Shown: positions 51,640 through 62,605, counted from the stretch's first letter. The stretch: 64,000 nucleotides of DNA from Kiritimatiellia bacterium (GCA_050949565.1 JBMNFY010000017.1:1216001-1280000), one strand, 5' to 3'. Notes: generated by a model from the letters alone, not told the origin. Numbers and translations are program-made.

Positions 51640-52135
51640 AGTGCGTTAGTTCATTAGACGCAGAGGTTTTGATGCATGCGGCGTGACCGCCGCAGGGAGG
51701 GGCAAGCGTCTGCTTGCCCGCGGACGAGCAGACGCTCGTCCCTCCCGGTGCTCCGCAATGGAACCCGTAACCATCCTTCCGCACAGCGGAAGGCGGCTCG
51801 TGGGGACACTCGCCCTCCAAATCATGTCAATCGTGTCAATCATGTCAGTCATGTCAATCATGTCAAAAAATGAAACCATGGAACACGGGCAAGATGCCCG
51901 TGCCACACTCTTTTGCAAGGCACGCTGTTGCGGGCGAGGACGCCCGCGCTCCCGATTCTCTGCTCTCCTTTTCACCAGAAACGCATGATCTTCGCACTCC
52001 CCTGTCACTTGCCTACAACTTACACGATCAAAGTTATCCTCATTTACATCCCAGACGAAACGCGGGCGGCGGGCTAACCGATTACAGTTATTTCACCCTC
52101 TCCTGCTGGGAGAGGGACGGGGTAAGGGTTGCGGG
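51640..52135. repeat. Intergenic cluster of several REP-like palindromes and an AATCATGTC x5 tandem repeat
   Basis: GGAG/GTGG-headed hairpins; aatcatgtc array at 51819-51866; CCCTCTCC..GGAGAGGG at ~52096. Confidence 0.75.
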
Positions 52136-52146
52136 CCCCGCCCGCG

Positions 52147-52761
52147 TCATTCTGTTCCCTCAAAGAAAGCATACCCGTTTTCTGGGCTTCGATATACTTG
52201 GAAGGCTAAGGAAATATCCTTGTGGCTGTTTCTTCCCAGATCGAGTTCAGGCAGGTTTTCAAGGGTAAAGAAACCGACTTCACTTGTTTCCAAGCTGACT
52301 TGCGGTTCACCTCCGGTCAATTCGCAGAGGAAATGAATCTTGTAGATATACTCGGGATGGGGAGGATATCCAGAGCGGTTTCTGTCGATGAGATTTATAA
52401 TCTTTTTTGCCTTGACCCTGTAGCCGGATTCTTCAAAAACTTCCCGCTCAACATTCTCAGCCGGTGTGGCATTCACATCGGCCCAACCGCCTGGCAGCGT
52501 CCATTTTTCTGTTGAAACCTCCTTCACAAGAAGGATTTCATTATCGTGAATAACAGCACCCCTTACATCTAGTTTCGGTGTGGGATAACCGATTTCATCC
52601 GGCCACACGAAATCCGGGCACCTCCCTTCGGCTTGAATGATAAGTGAAGACAACTCTTTGAGTCTGGCGAAACGCTCCTGATCGAACGGGTCTTTTGAAT
52701 AGGTCAACCCACCTTGAGCTATTGCTCGTAACTCCCGTGCTATGTCCAACAAGTTCATCAT
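52147..52761 (-). CDS. NUDIX hydrolase with Nudix_N domain
   Basis: IAQGGLTYSKDPFDQERF, GYPTPKLDVR, LPGGWAD...REVFEESG. Confidence 0.9.
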   Translation of the reverse strand: MMNLLDIARELRAIAQGGLTYSKDPFDQERFARLKELSSLIIQAEGRCPDFVWPDEIGYPTPKLDVRGAVIHDNEILLVKEVSTEKWTLPGGWADVNATPAENVEREVFEESGYRVKAKKIINLIDRNRSGYPPHPEYIYKIHFLCELTGGEPQVSLETSEVGFFTLENLPELDLGRNSHKDISLAFQVYRSPENGYAFFEGTE

Positions 52762-52774
52762 GTGGATACTCCTG

Positions 52775-53647
52775 TTACGAACCTCTTCCGAACAGCCCGC
52801 TGCGCCACTCGCCGAACAGCAGGCTGTCAACCTCAACTAGTCCCTGCGCCTCGTAAGCGGCGCGCACGGCGGCGTACTGTTCGTCCAGGATGCCGGAGAC
52901 CACCAAACGCGCGCCCGGCCCCGCAGTCAGCGAGGCGGCCACCTGCGGCGCGAACTGGATCAGCACCGGCGCGAGGATATTCGCCACAACGATATCGGCT
53001 GGCGGATGCGCGTGCGAGAGGTCGTCCAGCGCGAAGGGGATCGACACACCGTTCAATTCTGCGTTTTCCGCCGACACGCGCATGCAGTCGGGATCATTGT
53101 CAAAGCCGCGCACGTCAGTGAAGCCCAGCAGCTTCGCGCCGATCGCCAAAATGCCGGAGCCGCACCCCATATCGAGCACGGAGCGCTGAATGTCCTCTTC
53201 AGCCAACCGATCCAAGAAGCGGAGACAGGCCTGCGTGGTGGCGTGTTTGCCGGTGCCGAAGCTCAAACCGGGGTCAAGCGTGATCACGCACTCGCCGGGC
53301 TGCGCCGTGTACGGTTCCCACGAAGGACGCACCACCACACGAGGGGAGATTTTCTCGACGTGGAAAAAGCGTTTCCAACTCTCGGCCCAATCGGTCTGCG
53401 CGACGGCCGTGACCGTCGGTTCGACCGTCACGCCGAGCAGCGCGGCAGCGGCGAGCAACGCAGCCTGCGTGCGCGCCACGCCGTCCGGTTCATCCGGAAA
53501 GAGCGAGACACGGCAGACGCCGCTTTCCACATCGTACCACGAGGTCGGCGTAAAGCCATCGTTGCCGATGATCTCAAACAGCGCGTCCGCCGTCTCGGGC
53601 GGCAGCGTGGCGGTGACGCAGGGAACGGAAGCGGCAGAGTCGGTCAT
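52775..53647 (-). CDS. prmA: Ribosomal protein L11 methyltransferase
   Basis: DWAESWK, LDPGLSFGTGKHATT, LDMGCGSGIL, ANIL, SGIL. Confidence 0.95.
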   Translation of the reverse strand: MTDSAASVPCVTATLPPETADALFEIIGNDGFTPTSWYDVESGVCRVSLFPDEPDGVARTQAALLAAAALLGVTVEPTVTAVAQTDWAESWKRFFHVEKISPRVVVRPSWEPYTAQPGECVITLDPGLSFGTGKHATTQACLRFLDRLAEEDIQRSVLDMGCGSGILAIGAKLLGFTDVRGFDNDPDCMRVSAENAELNGVSIPFALDDLSHAHPPADIVVANILAPVLIQFAPQVAASLTAGPGARLVVSGILDEQYAAVRAAYEAQGLVEVDSLLFGEWRSGLFGRGS

Positions 53648-53664
53648 GTCCAGGCACCCCTGTC

Positions 53665-54542
53665 TTAGCGCAACTCAATCTGCGACAGGTAGTCCAGGCT
53701 TTTCGGCAACTGCTCCAGCACCGTCGGGCTTTCGTCTTCGATGAAGTAGTACTTGATGCCGATCTCTTGGCAGACCTTCAGAATCGCGGGGTAGTCCGCT
53801 TGGCCGGTACCGAGCACGACATCGTTCGTCAGGTCGGTCCCACCGCTGAGGTTGCCAACGACGCCCTTCTTCAAATCCTTGAGGTGCATCAAGACCCAAC
53901 GGTCGGGATATTTCTTGAGCAGCTTTACTGGGTCTTGACCGGGGAAGACTGTCCAGAGCACGTCCATCTCGAATTTGACGAGATCAGGATCGGTCTTCTC
54001 CATCAACAGGTCGAACAGCGTCCCGTCCTTGTATGGATAGAACTCAAAGCCGTGGTTGTGGTAAAAGAACTGGATGCCCGCCGCCTTGAGCCGCTTACCG
54101 ATCTCGTTGAATTCGGCGGCGATCTTCAAGGTCTGCGCTTCGTCGAGCGGCTTCTTGTGCGAGGCCCAGGCGACACCAAGATACTTCAGACCGAAAAAGC
54201 GTGCGGCGGCGATCGCCTCATCCGTCTTGTTGAGCAGGAAGCCTTGCCCGGCATGTGCGGCGATCGGGATCAGACCGCGCTCGTCCAGCGCCTGCTTCAT
54301 CTGCTCCTGCGTCAGACCGTAGTGGCTCTCAATGCCGATCTCGACATACTTGACGTTCAGGTCTTTGAGCACATCAAGCGCCTTCGCCCCGTCCTGCTTG
54401 AGCTGATTGCGCAGCGAATAGATTTGGACACCGACAGGCCCCTTGAAAGGTTGCGCTGGTACCGACGCCTTGGGCGGAAGCCGCGACAGAGAAGGAGTGC
54501 CGCCGTAACGGAAACAAGTAGGTTTTTCGAACTTTTCATCAT
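53665..54542 (-). CDS. Sugar phosphate isomerase/epimerase (xylose-isomerase-like TIM barrel); frameshifts at the 5' end
   Basis: GVQIYSLR, YHNHGFEF, FEMDVLW, HLKD, FIEDE; two apparent indels at ~54447-54492. Confidence 0.8.
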
Positions 54543-54556
54543 GTCGTCCTTTTTGT

Positions 54557-56134
54557 TTACACCACCGTGCAGAGGGTGTAGTGGGCGTTGACTTCGGTCT
54601 TGATCGCTTCGAGCATATCCTGCGAAATCGGTTGGTTGAGCTTGATGATCGCCAGCGAGCGGTGGGTCTTGGCGTTGTGCGGATTGCGCATGTCCTCGAT
54701 GTTGATGTGCGCGTCGGCCAGCTTGCGGCTGATCGCAGCGATCACGCCCGGCCGGTCGTCGTACAGGCAGAAGAGGGTGGCGCCGCTCGGCTCGAAGTAG
54801 AGGCGGTCGAACTCGTCGATGCGCGAAACCGTCTGCACGCCTTCGGTGACCGTGCCGCGCACGCTGAAACTCTTGAGACTCTTGCCGGACTTTTCGACTT
54901 TGAGATCGATCGTAATGGCGTTGCCGTAGCCCTTTTCGGGATCGGCTTCGCGGTCGATCAACTCGATGCCCATATCCTTGAGGAATTTGGTCGCGGCTTT
55001 ATAGTCGTTGTAGCGGTCGAACTCGCTCCAGATGCCGGCGAGGATCGAGACGGTCAGCCATTTGCCGAAGGGCGCGAGATCGCCGTAGAAGCTAGTCTCG
55101 ATCATCTTGATCGGCGCTTGGGTGCCGGACATCTGCCGCACGAGGCTGGCGAGGTTGAAGGCCAGCTCGCAGTAGGCGCGTTCGAGACCCTCGGGGATAT
55201 CGCGATTGACGATGCAGCTCATATCGGCCTTTTCGTCGAGGTCGATCAGCTCTTGCGCCGCGCGCTTCGCCGCCGTGAAGTTGGCCTCATGGGTGTTGGC
55301 ACCGAGGTGCGGCAGCATCAGGTCGGCGATGTCGGCCATGCTCTTGGGGCCGGCCTCGTCCTTGGGATAGACGTCGTTCAGATAACGCAGTCCCTTCTCG
55401 GCCTTGACCGCACGTAGCGCATCTTCGTCGACGATACCAAAGCGGGCGCAGTTGATAATCGTGGCGCCCTGCTTCATGAGACCGATCAGCTTAGTGCCGA
55501 CCAGACCGCGCGTGCTCTCGCCGCCCGGGACGTGGAGCGTGACGTAATCACTCTGGCTGAAAATCTCCTCCAGCGTGGCGGACTCGATGCCGAGATCGCG
55601 CAGGCGGTCGCGGTTGACCAACGGGTCGTAGCCGAGGATGCGGCACTCGAAGCCCCTGAGGCGTTTGGCGACCAGACGGCCGATATTGCCGAGACCGACG
55701 ATGCCCACGGTCTTGCCGGAGATCTCACGGCCCATGTAGTTCTTCTTCTCCCAGCCACCGGCGCGCGTCGTAGTGTCGGCCTGCACGATGTGGCGCGCAT
55801 CGGCCAGCATCATGGCGATGACCTCTTCGGCGACGCCGTTGGCGTTTGCGCCGGGCGTGTTCATCACGTCCACGCCTTTTTTGCGGGCGTGCTTGATGTC
55901 GATCGTGTCATACCCCGCACCGGCGCGCACGATTACCTTGAGCTGCGGGAGCGCGTCGATGATCGCGGCAGGCACCTTTTCACTACGCACGATCAGGGCG
56001 TAGGTATCGGGATGTGTCTTGATTTGCTCCTCAAGGGGCGTCTTCGCGTCTTGCACCACGTTGTAGCCGCCGTGTGCGTTCAGGATCTCGGCGGCTACGG
56101 CATCCAGCTTGGTCGGAATCAAAACTTTTTTCAT
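54557..56134 (-). CDS. serA: D-3-phosphoglycerate dehydrogenase
   Basis: RAGAGYDTID, NTPGAN, GLGNIG, INCAR, PHLGANT, C-terminal ACT DDRPGVI. Confidence 0.92.
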   Translation of the reverse strand: MKKVLIPTKLDAVAAEILNAHGGYNVVQDAKTPLEEQIKTHPDTYALIVRSEKVPAAIIDALPQLKVIVRAGAGYDTIDIKHARKKGVDVMNTPGANANGVAEEVIAMMLADARHIVQADTTTRAGGWEKKNYMGREISGKTVGIVGLGNIGRLVAKRLRGFECRILGYDPLVNRDRLRDLGIESATLEEIFSQSDYVTLHVPGGESTRGLVGTKLIGLMKQGATIINCARFGIVDEDALRAVKAEKGLRYLNDVYPKDEAGPKSMADIADLMLPHLGANTHEANFTAAKRAAQELIDLDEKADMSCIVNRDIPEGLERAYCELAFNLASLVRQMSGTQAPIKMIETSFYGDLAPFGKWLTVSILAGIWSEFDRYNDYKAATKFLKDMGIELIDREADPEKGYGNAITIDLKVEKSGKSLKSFSVRGTVTEGVQTVSRIDEFDRLYFEPSGATLFCLYDDRPGVIAAISRKLADAHINIEDMRNPHNAKTHRSLAIIKLNQPISQDMLEAIKTEVNAHYTLCTVV

Positions 56135-56315
56135 GCTTCTCCAGTCTCTCGGGGTTTGGTACGCTTAAAAGTGAATCGGGCTGATTCAGGCGTGGCGACA
56201 CCTCGCCTGTCGCCAGCCAAAAAAGAGGGTACTACTTTAATCCTGTTGCGGACGGGAATCAAGCTCCGTCGCAGCCATGAACGGACCCGGCGGCACAGGG
56301 CGGAATGGAAGAGGC

Positions 56316-57344
56316 ATGAAGAGACAGGTTACAACCATCGGCTTCGCGGTGCTCATCGCGGTGGCGACTGTCACGGCAGCTTGGGCGCAGGTCAGCCGTC
56401 ACGGCAGGACGCACGGCTACGCCACCGACCACTTCGAAGGGTTTGACGCGCTCGATGAGGACTCGCGTATCCCGCAGAAGAAAAAATCGTTCTGGTATTC
56501 GGTGGACGCCGAAACACCAGCCGCCCAGATGCAGATCGCGGAGAAAAAAGAGGCGCTGGGACGCAACCGTTCCGCGCGCAAAGCCTATGAGGCGCTGATC
56601 CGCGAGTGGCCCACCGCTCCGGAGGCGGCACAGGCCCAATACGCGCTGGCGCAACTTCTGGAACGCCAGGGGAAGTACGAAAAAGCCTTTGATGAATACC
56701 AGTATCTGATCACCCACTACGCTGGCCATTGCCCATACCAAGAAGTGCTCGACCGCCAGTTCCGCATCGCCAATTACCTGCTGCATAACAATACCAGTAT
56801 GTTCGGGTGGACTCTGAGCGGCAGCGACACGATCCGCGAACGCTTCGAGCAGATTGTGCGCAATGCCCCGCGCGGCGCTCAGGCACCGGAGATCATGCTG
56901 GTCATCGGCAGCATCCGGGTCTCCGAAAAAGAACTGCCGGAGGCGATCGCCGTCTACGAAGGGCTCCTCAACCGCTTTCCGCAGACTTCCCAAGCGACCG
57001 ACGCCGCCTATCTTGCAGCACAGTGCCGCCATGAACTCGCCGTCAAGCACAGCTACAACGAGCCGCGCTGCCGCGAAGCGATCGCCTTCATCAAATCCGC
57101 GCTCGTCCGTATACCGAACCACCCCCAGAAGGTGCAGATGACGACGTGGCTGAATGAGCTGACCGCCTTGCTGATTGAGCAGAACTACCAGCAGGCGGTT
57201 TTCTACGACACCAAGCAGCGCAATGCCGAGGCCGCCAAGGCCGCCTACCGCCGCTTTCTTACTGAGTTCTCTGACTCCCATTATGCCGCGCAGGTCCGCG
57301 AGCGCCTTATGCAGCTCGAAAAGGGCGCGGCTCCGTTGCGTTAA
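56316..57344 (+). CDS. bamD: BamD-like TPR outer-membrane assembly protein
   Basis: Signal peptide, TPR repeats, AVFYD...AAKAAYRRFLTEFSDS; upstream of lptE. Confidence 0.65.
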   Translation: MKRQVTTIGFAVLIAVATVTAAWAQVSRHGRTHGYATDHFEGFDALDEDSRIPQKKKSFWYSVDAETPAAQMQIAEKKEALGRNRSARKAYEALIREWPTAPEAAQAQYALAQLLERQGKYEKAFDEYQYLITHYAGHCPYQEVLDRQFRIANYLLHNNTSMFGWTLSGSDTIRERFEQIVRNAPRGAQAPEIMLVIGSIRVSEKELPEAIAVYEGLLNRFPQTSQATDAAYLAAQCRHELAVKHSYNEPRCREAIAFIKSALVRIPNHPQKVQMTTWLNELTALLIEQNYQQAVFYDTKQRNAEAAKAAYRRFLTEFSDSHYAAQVRERLMQLEKGAAPLR

Positions 57345-57359
57345 CCATTGGAGGTCACT

Positions 57360-57902
57360 ATGTTCAATATGCAAAAAACGCGGGTTGCTGGCCGTTTGGC
57401 CCTCTGTCCACTCTTCCTTTTCCTGACCGCAAGTTGCGCCTCGTACCGGATCGGCTCGGCTGTTCCCCAAGAGCTACGCACGATCGCGGTGCCGGTCTTC
57501 GAAAACGCCTCGGGATTCCCCGAGATCGATGCCACCGTCACCCAGTATGTGCTGCGTGAATTCCAGCGCGAGGGCACCTTCAAAATCGCCTCGATGGATG
57601 ATGCCTCGGTCAAGTTGCTCGGCAAACTGATCAGGGCCGACCTGCAATCGCTCAACTACGACCGCGGCTACGGCGCACGCACCTCGGAGTACCGCTATAC
57701 GCTTGTAGCCGAGATCACGCTCGTCGAGCGCGGTACCGGCAAGTTGCTGATCGATGGCGAGCGGATCAAGGCCAACACCACCTTCCTCACGCACGGCGAC
57801 ATGCTGACGGGCATGCAGGACGCCGGTCCGCGTATCGCCAAGGAGCTGTCCCGCTCCATTGTCGATGCCGTGCTCGCCTACTGGGCGCCCCCCCGCGAAT
57901 GA
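57360..57902 (+). CDS. lptE: LptE-family lipoprotein
   Basis: TASC lipobox, YRIGS, TIAVPVFEN. Confidence 0.75.
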   Translation: MFNMQKTRVAGRLALCPLFLFLTASCASYRIGSAVPQELRTIAVPVFENASGFPEIDATVTQYVLREFQREGTFKIASMDDASVKLLGKLIRADLQSLNYDRGYGARTSEYRYTLVAEITLVERGTGKLLIDGERIKANTTFLTHGDMLTGMQDAGPRIAKELSRSIVDAVLAYWAPPRE

Positions 57903-59062
57903 AGTTGCATGACACAGCCCGTGTCGAGCGCGCCGTTCTGGTTCAGGTCGTGCATGCCCGCATGGACGCGCTGGAAGCTGCCGACTCCCTCCTCGAATTG
58001 GGACGTCTCGCCGACACCGCCGGGCTGGAAGTCGCAGGCCAGTTGACCCAGAACCGCGACAAGCCCGACGGCGGCACCATGATCGGCTCGGGCAAAGTCG
58101 AAGACCTCAAGACGCTCATCGAAGAAACCGGCGCGAACACCGTAGTCGTCGACAACGAACTGAACGCCTTTCAAGCCTTCAATCTCGCCAAAGCACTGGG
58201 CGTACGCGTGATGGACCGCACCGAGGTGATCCTGGAAATCTTTGCGCGCCGCGCTCGTTCCGCCGAAGCGCAGCTCCAAGTCGAACTGGCGCAAACCCAG
58301 TTCTTGCTCTCGCGCATCCCGGTCACCGAATCGCAGCAGCGCTTCGCCGGCGGCGGTGGTGGCGCCTACGTGCGCGGCCCCGGTGAAAGCCACCTAAGCC
58401 TGCGCAATGAACCACTGCGGCGGCGCATCGCCGAACTGCGCAAGCGACTGGCAACAATCCAAAAACGGCGGACCGTGCGCGACCGCACCAAGCGCGAGTG
58501 GCCCGTCGTCTGCCTCGTGGGTTACACCAACGCTGGCAAGTCAACGCTCCTCAACGCGCTCGCCGGTGCGGGTGCCTACGTGGACGACCGCCTCTTCGCC
58601 ACACTCGACACCAAGACGCGCAAGGTCTGGCTCGCGCCCAGCCGCGAAATCTTGCTGACCGACACCGTCGGCTTCATCCGCAACCTGCCGCACGGGCTGA
58701 TCGCCTCCTTCCGCTCCACCCTCAGCGTCGCGACCGAGGCCGACCTGCTGCTGGTCGTGGTCGACGCCGCCTACCCGCGCGTAGCCGACCACATCGACGT
58801 CTGCTTCCGCACCTTGCGCGAGATCGGCGCGGGCGACGTACCGCACCTGCTGGTGCTCAACAAATGCGACACCGAGGGCGCGGTTTCCGCCAAGGAAGCC
58901 GCCACTGCGACGTTGCCGCTCCTTGCCGGAGAGCACCCCCAGGCGCTGCCGGTCTCGGCCCTGACCGGTTACGGGCTCGACTTGCTTAAACAGGCCATCA
59001 TTCAGGAACTCCAATCATGCTCCACGTTGTGGCGACTCCCATCGGCAACCTCGCGGACCTGA
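57899..59062 (+). CDS. hflX: GTPase HflX
   Basis: [40 protein letters not shown]. Confidence 0.96.
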   Translation: MKLHDTARVERAVLVQVVHARMDALEAADSLLELGRLADTAGLEVAGQLTQNRDKPDGGTMIGSGKVEDLKTLIEETGANTVVVDNELNAFQAFNLAKALGVRVMDRTEVILEIFARRARSAEAQLQVELAQTQFLLSRIPVTESQQRFAGGGGGAYVRGPGESHLSLRNEPLRRRIAELRKRLATIQKRRTVRDRTKREWPVVCLVGYTNAGKSTLLNALAGAGAYVDDRLFATLDTKTRKVWLAPSREILLTDTVGFIRNLPHGLIASFRSTLSVATEADLLLVVVDAAYPRVADHIDVCFRTLREIGAGDVPHLLVLNKCDTEGAVSAKEAATATLPLLAGEHPQALPVSALTGYGLDLLKQAIIQELQSCSTLWRLPSATSRT

Positions 59063-59709
59063 GCCCGCGTGCGCTGGAGGCGTTGAAGAGCGCCGACCTC
59101 ATCGCGTGTGAAGACACGCGGCGCACGTGGGCGCTGCTCAGCGCCTTCGACATCCCGCGGCCGGAGATGATCTCATACCGGCAAGGCAACGAAGATCGCG
59201 TCGCCGAGCGCATCTTGCAGGCGGTCGCCGCCGGCCGCAACGTCGCGCTCTGCTCCGACGGCGGCTACCCCGGCATCAGCGATCCCGGCTACCGGCTCAT
59301 CCGGCGTGCCGTGCAGGAAAAGGTGCCGTTCAGCGTGTTGCCCGGCGCCTCCGCCGTGGACCTCGCACTACTCTTGTCCGGACTCTCCACATCGAGCTAC
59401 ACCTTCAAGGGATTCCCGCCGCGAAAGCCCGGCGCGTTGCGCCGTTTCTTCGAAGAGGAGAAAACGCTGCCGCACACACTCATCTGTTTCGAGTCGCCGT
59501 TTCGCGTGGGTGCCGCACTCAAGGCGGCGCATGAGGTGCTGGGCGACCGCGAAGCCGCCGTCTGCATCGAACTGACCAAAGTGCACGAGCGCGTACATCG
59601 CGGCTACCTCACCGAGTTGATCCCGCTCTTCGACGACAAGCCGATCAAAGGCGAAGTCACCCTCGTCATCGCAGGCGCCAACCCCAAATTCGCACGCGAT
59701 GCGGACTGA
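59017..59709 (+). CDS. rsmI: 16S rRNA C1402 2'-O-methyltransferase
   Basis: [36 protein letters not shown]. Confidence 0.95.
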   Translation: MLHVVATPIGNLADLSPRALEALKSADLIACEDTRRTWALLSAFDIPRPEMISYRQGNEDRVAERILQAVAAGRNVALCSDGGYPGISDPGYRLIRRAVQEKVPFSVLPGASAVDLALLLSGLSTSSYTFKGFPPRKPGALRRFFEEEKTLPHTLICFESPFRVGAALKAAHEVLGDREAAVCIELTKVHERVHRGYLTELIPLFDDKPIKGEVTLVIAGANPKFARDAD

Positions 59710-59755
59710 GCGTTCGTCAGCCCCTACGCCAGCACGTTTTAGTGACCGAAACAAC

Positions 59756-61914
59756 ATGATGAACCATCTAAAATCAATTGTTGCGGGCACAGTCATCGTT
59801 TTCCGCTTAAGGGGGCAAACCGCAACACGGGCACAACGCACGTCAAGGCCGGCACGCTCGCATTGAAACGCGACTTCGCCCGTCCCGGCCTCGCCGCGAT
59901 CTGGAGCTTCGAAGATGCGGCCGATATGGGCGTGGAACGGCGGGATGTGGCTCCGCTGCGAATGACGAACGAACTCACCTGCGCGACGGAAGACACGCTG
60001 GAACTCGTGCCCGGCGTCGTCGGCCAGGCCATCCGCTTCAAAGGCGGCACGACGACTGCACTCAAGATGACAGGTACGATCCTAAGCACGCCTATCGCTA
60101 CAGACGGAAAATTACCAGCGGGCAACGAACCCTTAACGATCAGTTTCTGGCTGCGGCCGGACATCGCCGGGTGCGGCGCCTATCCTAACTTCCTCCGGTT
60201 CTGGGACGGCAACTGGACCGGCCTTAACGGCATCTGGTTCCGCACGCCGAGCGACACGTTCCAGAGCCTCGTGATGAGCACGGAGCATGGGTGGAACGTC
60301 AAACAGACGAACGACCCCAGTCGGGCCGTGGTGGTTGACTTCGGTTCGAACGCCTATCTCGGCGACGGCGACTGGCACCATGTGGTGGGCACCTATGCCG
60401 ATCAGGTCATCACGCTCTACGTCGACGGCGTGTCGCGCGGCAGCAACAACCTCGGGGCGGATATGAATATCCCCGCAGCCTCCCAGTTCCGGGTCGGGAA
60501 CTTTTCGAGCACCGATGCCAACCATAAGTTCGCGGGCGACATCGACGAAATCCAGATTTTGCACGGTGCGTGGACAGCCGAGGAGGTAGCGGCGGAGTAT
60601 GCGGCAAAGCGCCCGGCTGCCGATGCGTCGCTGCCGGCCCCGATCGCGCGGTGGACCTTCGACGAGTTGGTCGATGAGGGCGGCATGAAGCTCTTCAAGG
60701 ATGCGGGACCAAACGGATGGGACCTCGTCAATACGCCATCGAACGGCGTGTACGTCGCCAACCCGGCGATGACTTATCCCGAAGATTTCGGCGGACGGTA
60801 TGCGGCGCTTCCGGCAACGGCGGGCCCCTACCTGCGGCTCAAGAGCGGCGTGACGATGACCGATGCCCTGCCGCAGGGCTCCTCCTTCACGGTATCTGCG
60901 CGGGTGCGTTATCCTGTGAGCGGCGTGGTGCTCATCTTCGGCGACGGCACAGAGGCGGGATCATACCGTCTCGGCTACTCCGGCTGCCCGCGTAACATTG
61001 TCGCCTATGTGGGCGCAAACACCTGCAAGCTATACGAGACCTCCATGTACGGCATCGGCGGCTCTACGACGGACGCCGCCTGGCAGCTTGTCACGGCGAC
61101 CTACAATGCCCAAGCCAAAATCGTGCGCACGTTCTTGGACGGTGTGCCGATGAACGAAGTGACGGGTCAAACAGTCACGATCAATCCGACGGACCTCGTG
61201 TTCGGCGTAAAGACACTCCCCGTCCCCGGACCGACCACCTACAGTGGTTTCACCCATGCGAGTATCGATGAACTGCGTATCTACGACCGCGCACTCGAAG
61301 CGGATGAGGTGAGCCGCCTCGCGCGTACATTCCGCTACGGTGACGGCACGACGGTCGATGATCAGGTGCTTTCGCCGGATTCGCCGGTGGTCGTGGATGC
61401 GGGCGCGACGCTCGAAGCCACGGATGGCGACCATGTGGCGATGTCCGTCTCGGGTGCGGGCGCGGTCAACATTTTGCTCACGGCCACCTTTGCGGCGGAT
61501 GACTGGAGCGGCTTCGCAGGAACGGTTTCGGGCGACGGTGCGCTCCTCGTGCGCAAGGGACAGACGGTTCCGCTCCCGATCGCGAGCGTGACCGCCGATG
61601 CAGGGTTCGAGGACAACACGGTGGTCCTTGACCGCGCGACTGCCGCGATACCGCGCGTGAGAGCCTCTGGACGAGTGCTCCTGCCCGATACGGGCACGCT
61701 GAAACTCGCCGATGCGTCAACACCTGGTGCTTGGTTCGGCAAGACCTTTGTAATCGCTGAGTGCGGATCGTATGAAGGGCCATCGGACACCACCGGGTGG
61801 ACCTTTGATCCTGCGGCCGAAGCGGGCAAGCCCATCCAAGGCGAGTTCAAGGTTATCGACGGCAGACTACTCCTCCAGACACAGGGCGGCGGCACCGCCA
61901 TCCTCATCCGGTAA
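59756..61914 (+). pseudogene. Secreted protein with autotransporter-associated beta-strand repeat and two LamG-like domains; N-terminus disrupted
   Basis: ATG at 59756 (MMNHLKSIVAGTVIVF) is out of frame with LKGANRNTGTTHVKAGTL; WHHVVGTY, GDIDEIQI, IDELRIYDRAL; ends GGTAILIR. Confidence 0.65.
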
Positions 61915-62580
61915 GGGCGCCAGATAGCTTTCGCGCATCCGTTTGAGATAGCGCGTGCAGCGGCGGCGCACCTTGTGGCGCACGTATATGGGGATCAGCG
62001 ACAGCCCAGGTATCAGCGCCCGCCCCATCGGCTCGAAATCAACAATGCGCAAACGGAACTCATCCGGTCCCGTCCACTGCACCATGGTATTCGGAGGATC
62101 GTAAAAGCACACCGAATGCTCCGCCAGTTGATCGAACAATTTCGCCATTGCCCGGTATAGCCGTTCGCACAAAGCGCGATCCTCGGCCTCACGCATTTCT
62201 ACGGCCACCGGGCGGATGGCCGAACCGTCAGCATTTTCAATGAGGCTCTCAATCACGCCCCAACCGCGCTTGCGGGAAAAGACCATGCGCATCTGCTCCG
62301 GGAACGCCGCGAAAAGATCTGGGGGCAACCGCTTCCGCAACCGCGCATGGTAGCAGGCCTCATGATAGTTCACGTTGAACCAGAGACAGAAACGGGAGAA
62401 GAAAATACTGGTCCGCACACTGCGACGGGTCTTCTTGGTATACTCCGCCGGCGTCCGGTAAAACTTCACGCAAAACGGCTGCCCCGAAATCCTGAAACAG
62501 CAACGCCGACTCCCATCGCCGATCCGCTCCAGATGATCCTCGTCGATCGTTATGTCTGGCTCTAACACAAACTCACTCAT
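61867..62580 (-). CDS. YrbL-like kinase-fold protein
   Basis: IGDGSRRCC, CVKF, YDPPN, IVDFE. Confidence 0.6.
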   Translation of the reverse strand: MSEFVLEPDITIDEDHLERIGDGSRRCCFRISGQPFCVKFYRTPAEYTKKTRRSVRTSIFFSRFCLWFNVNYHEACYHARLRKRLPPDLFAAFPEQMRMVFSRKRGWGVIESLIENADGSAIRPVAVEMREAEDRALCERLYRAMAKLFDQLAEHSVCFYDPPNTMVQWTGPDEFRLRIVDFEPMGRALIPGLSLIPIYVRHKVRRRCTRYLKRMRESYLAPLPDEDGGAAALCLEE

Positions 62581-62605
62581 AACCGCACAGTATCACTCGC
62601 GCTGT

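Noticed and set aside
51819-51866. Tandem repeats as a possible CRISPR array (also 17602 and 13587)
   Set aside because: Units are 7-9 bp with no unique spacers, and no cas genes are present
51646-52008. ORFs across the repeat cluster (also 31045-31379)
   Set aside because: Translations of repeat DNA with no protein-like features
52000-52146. Integron attC site after the NUDIX gene
   Set aside because: No convincing RYYYAAC...GTTRRRY paired structure and no integrase nearby
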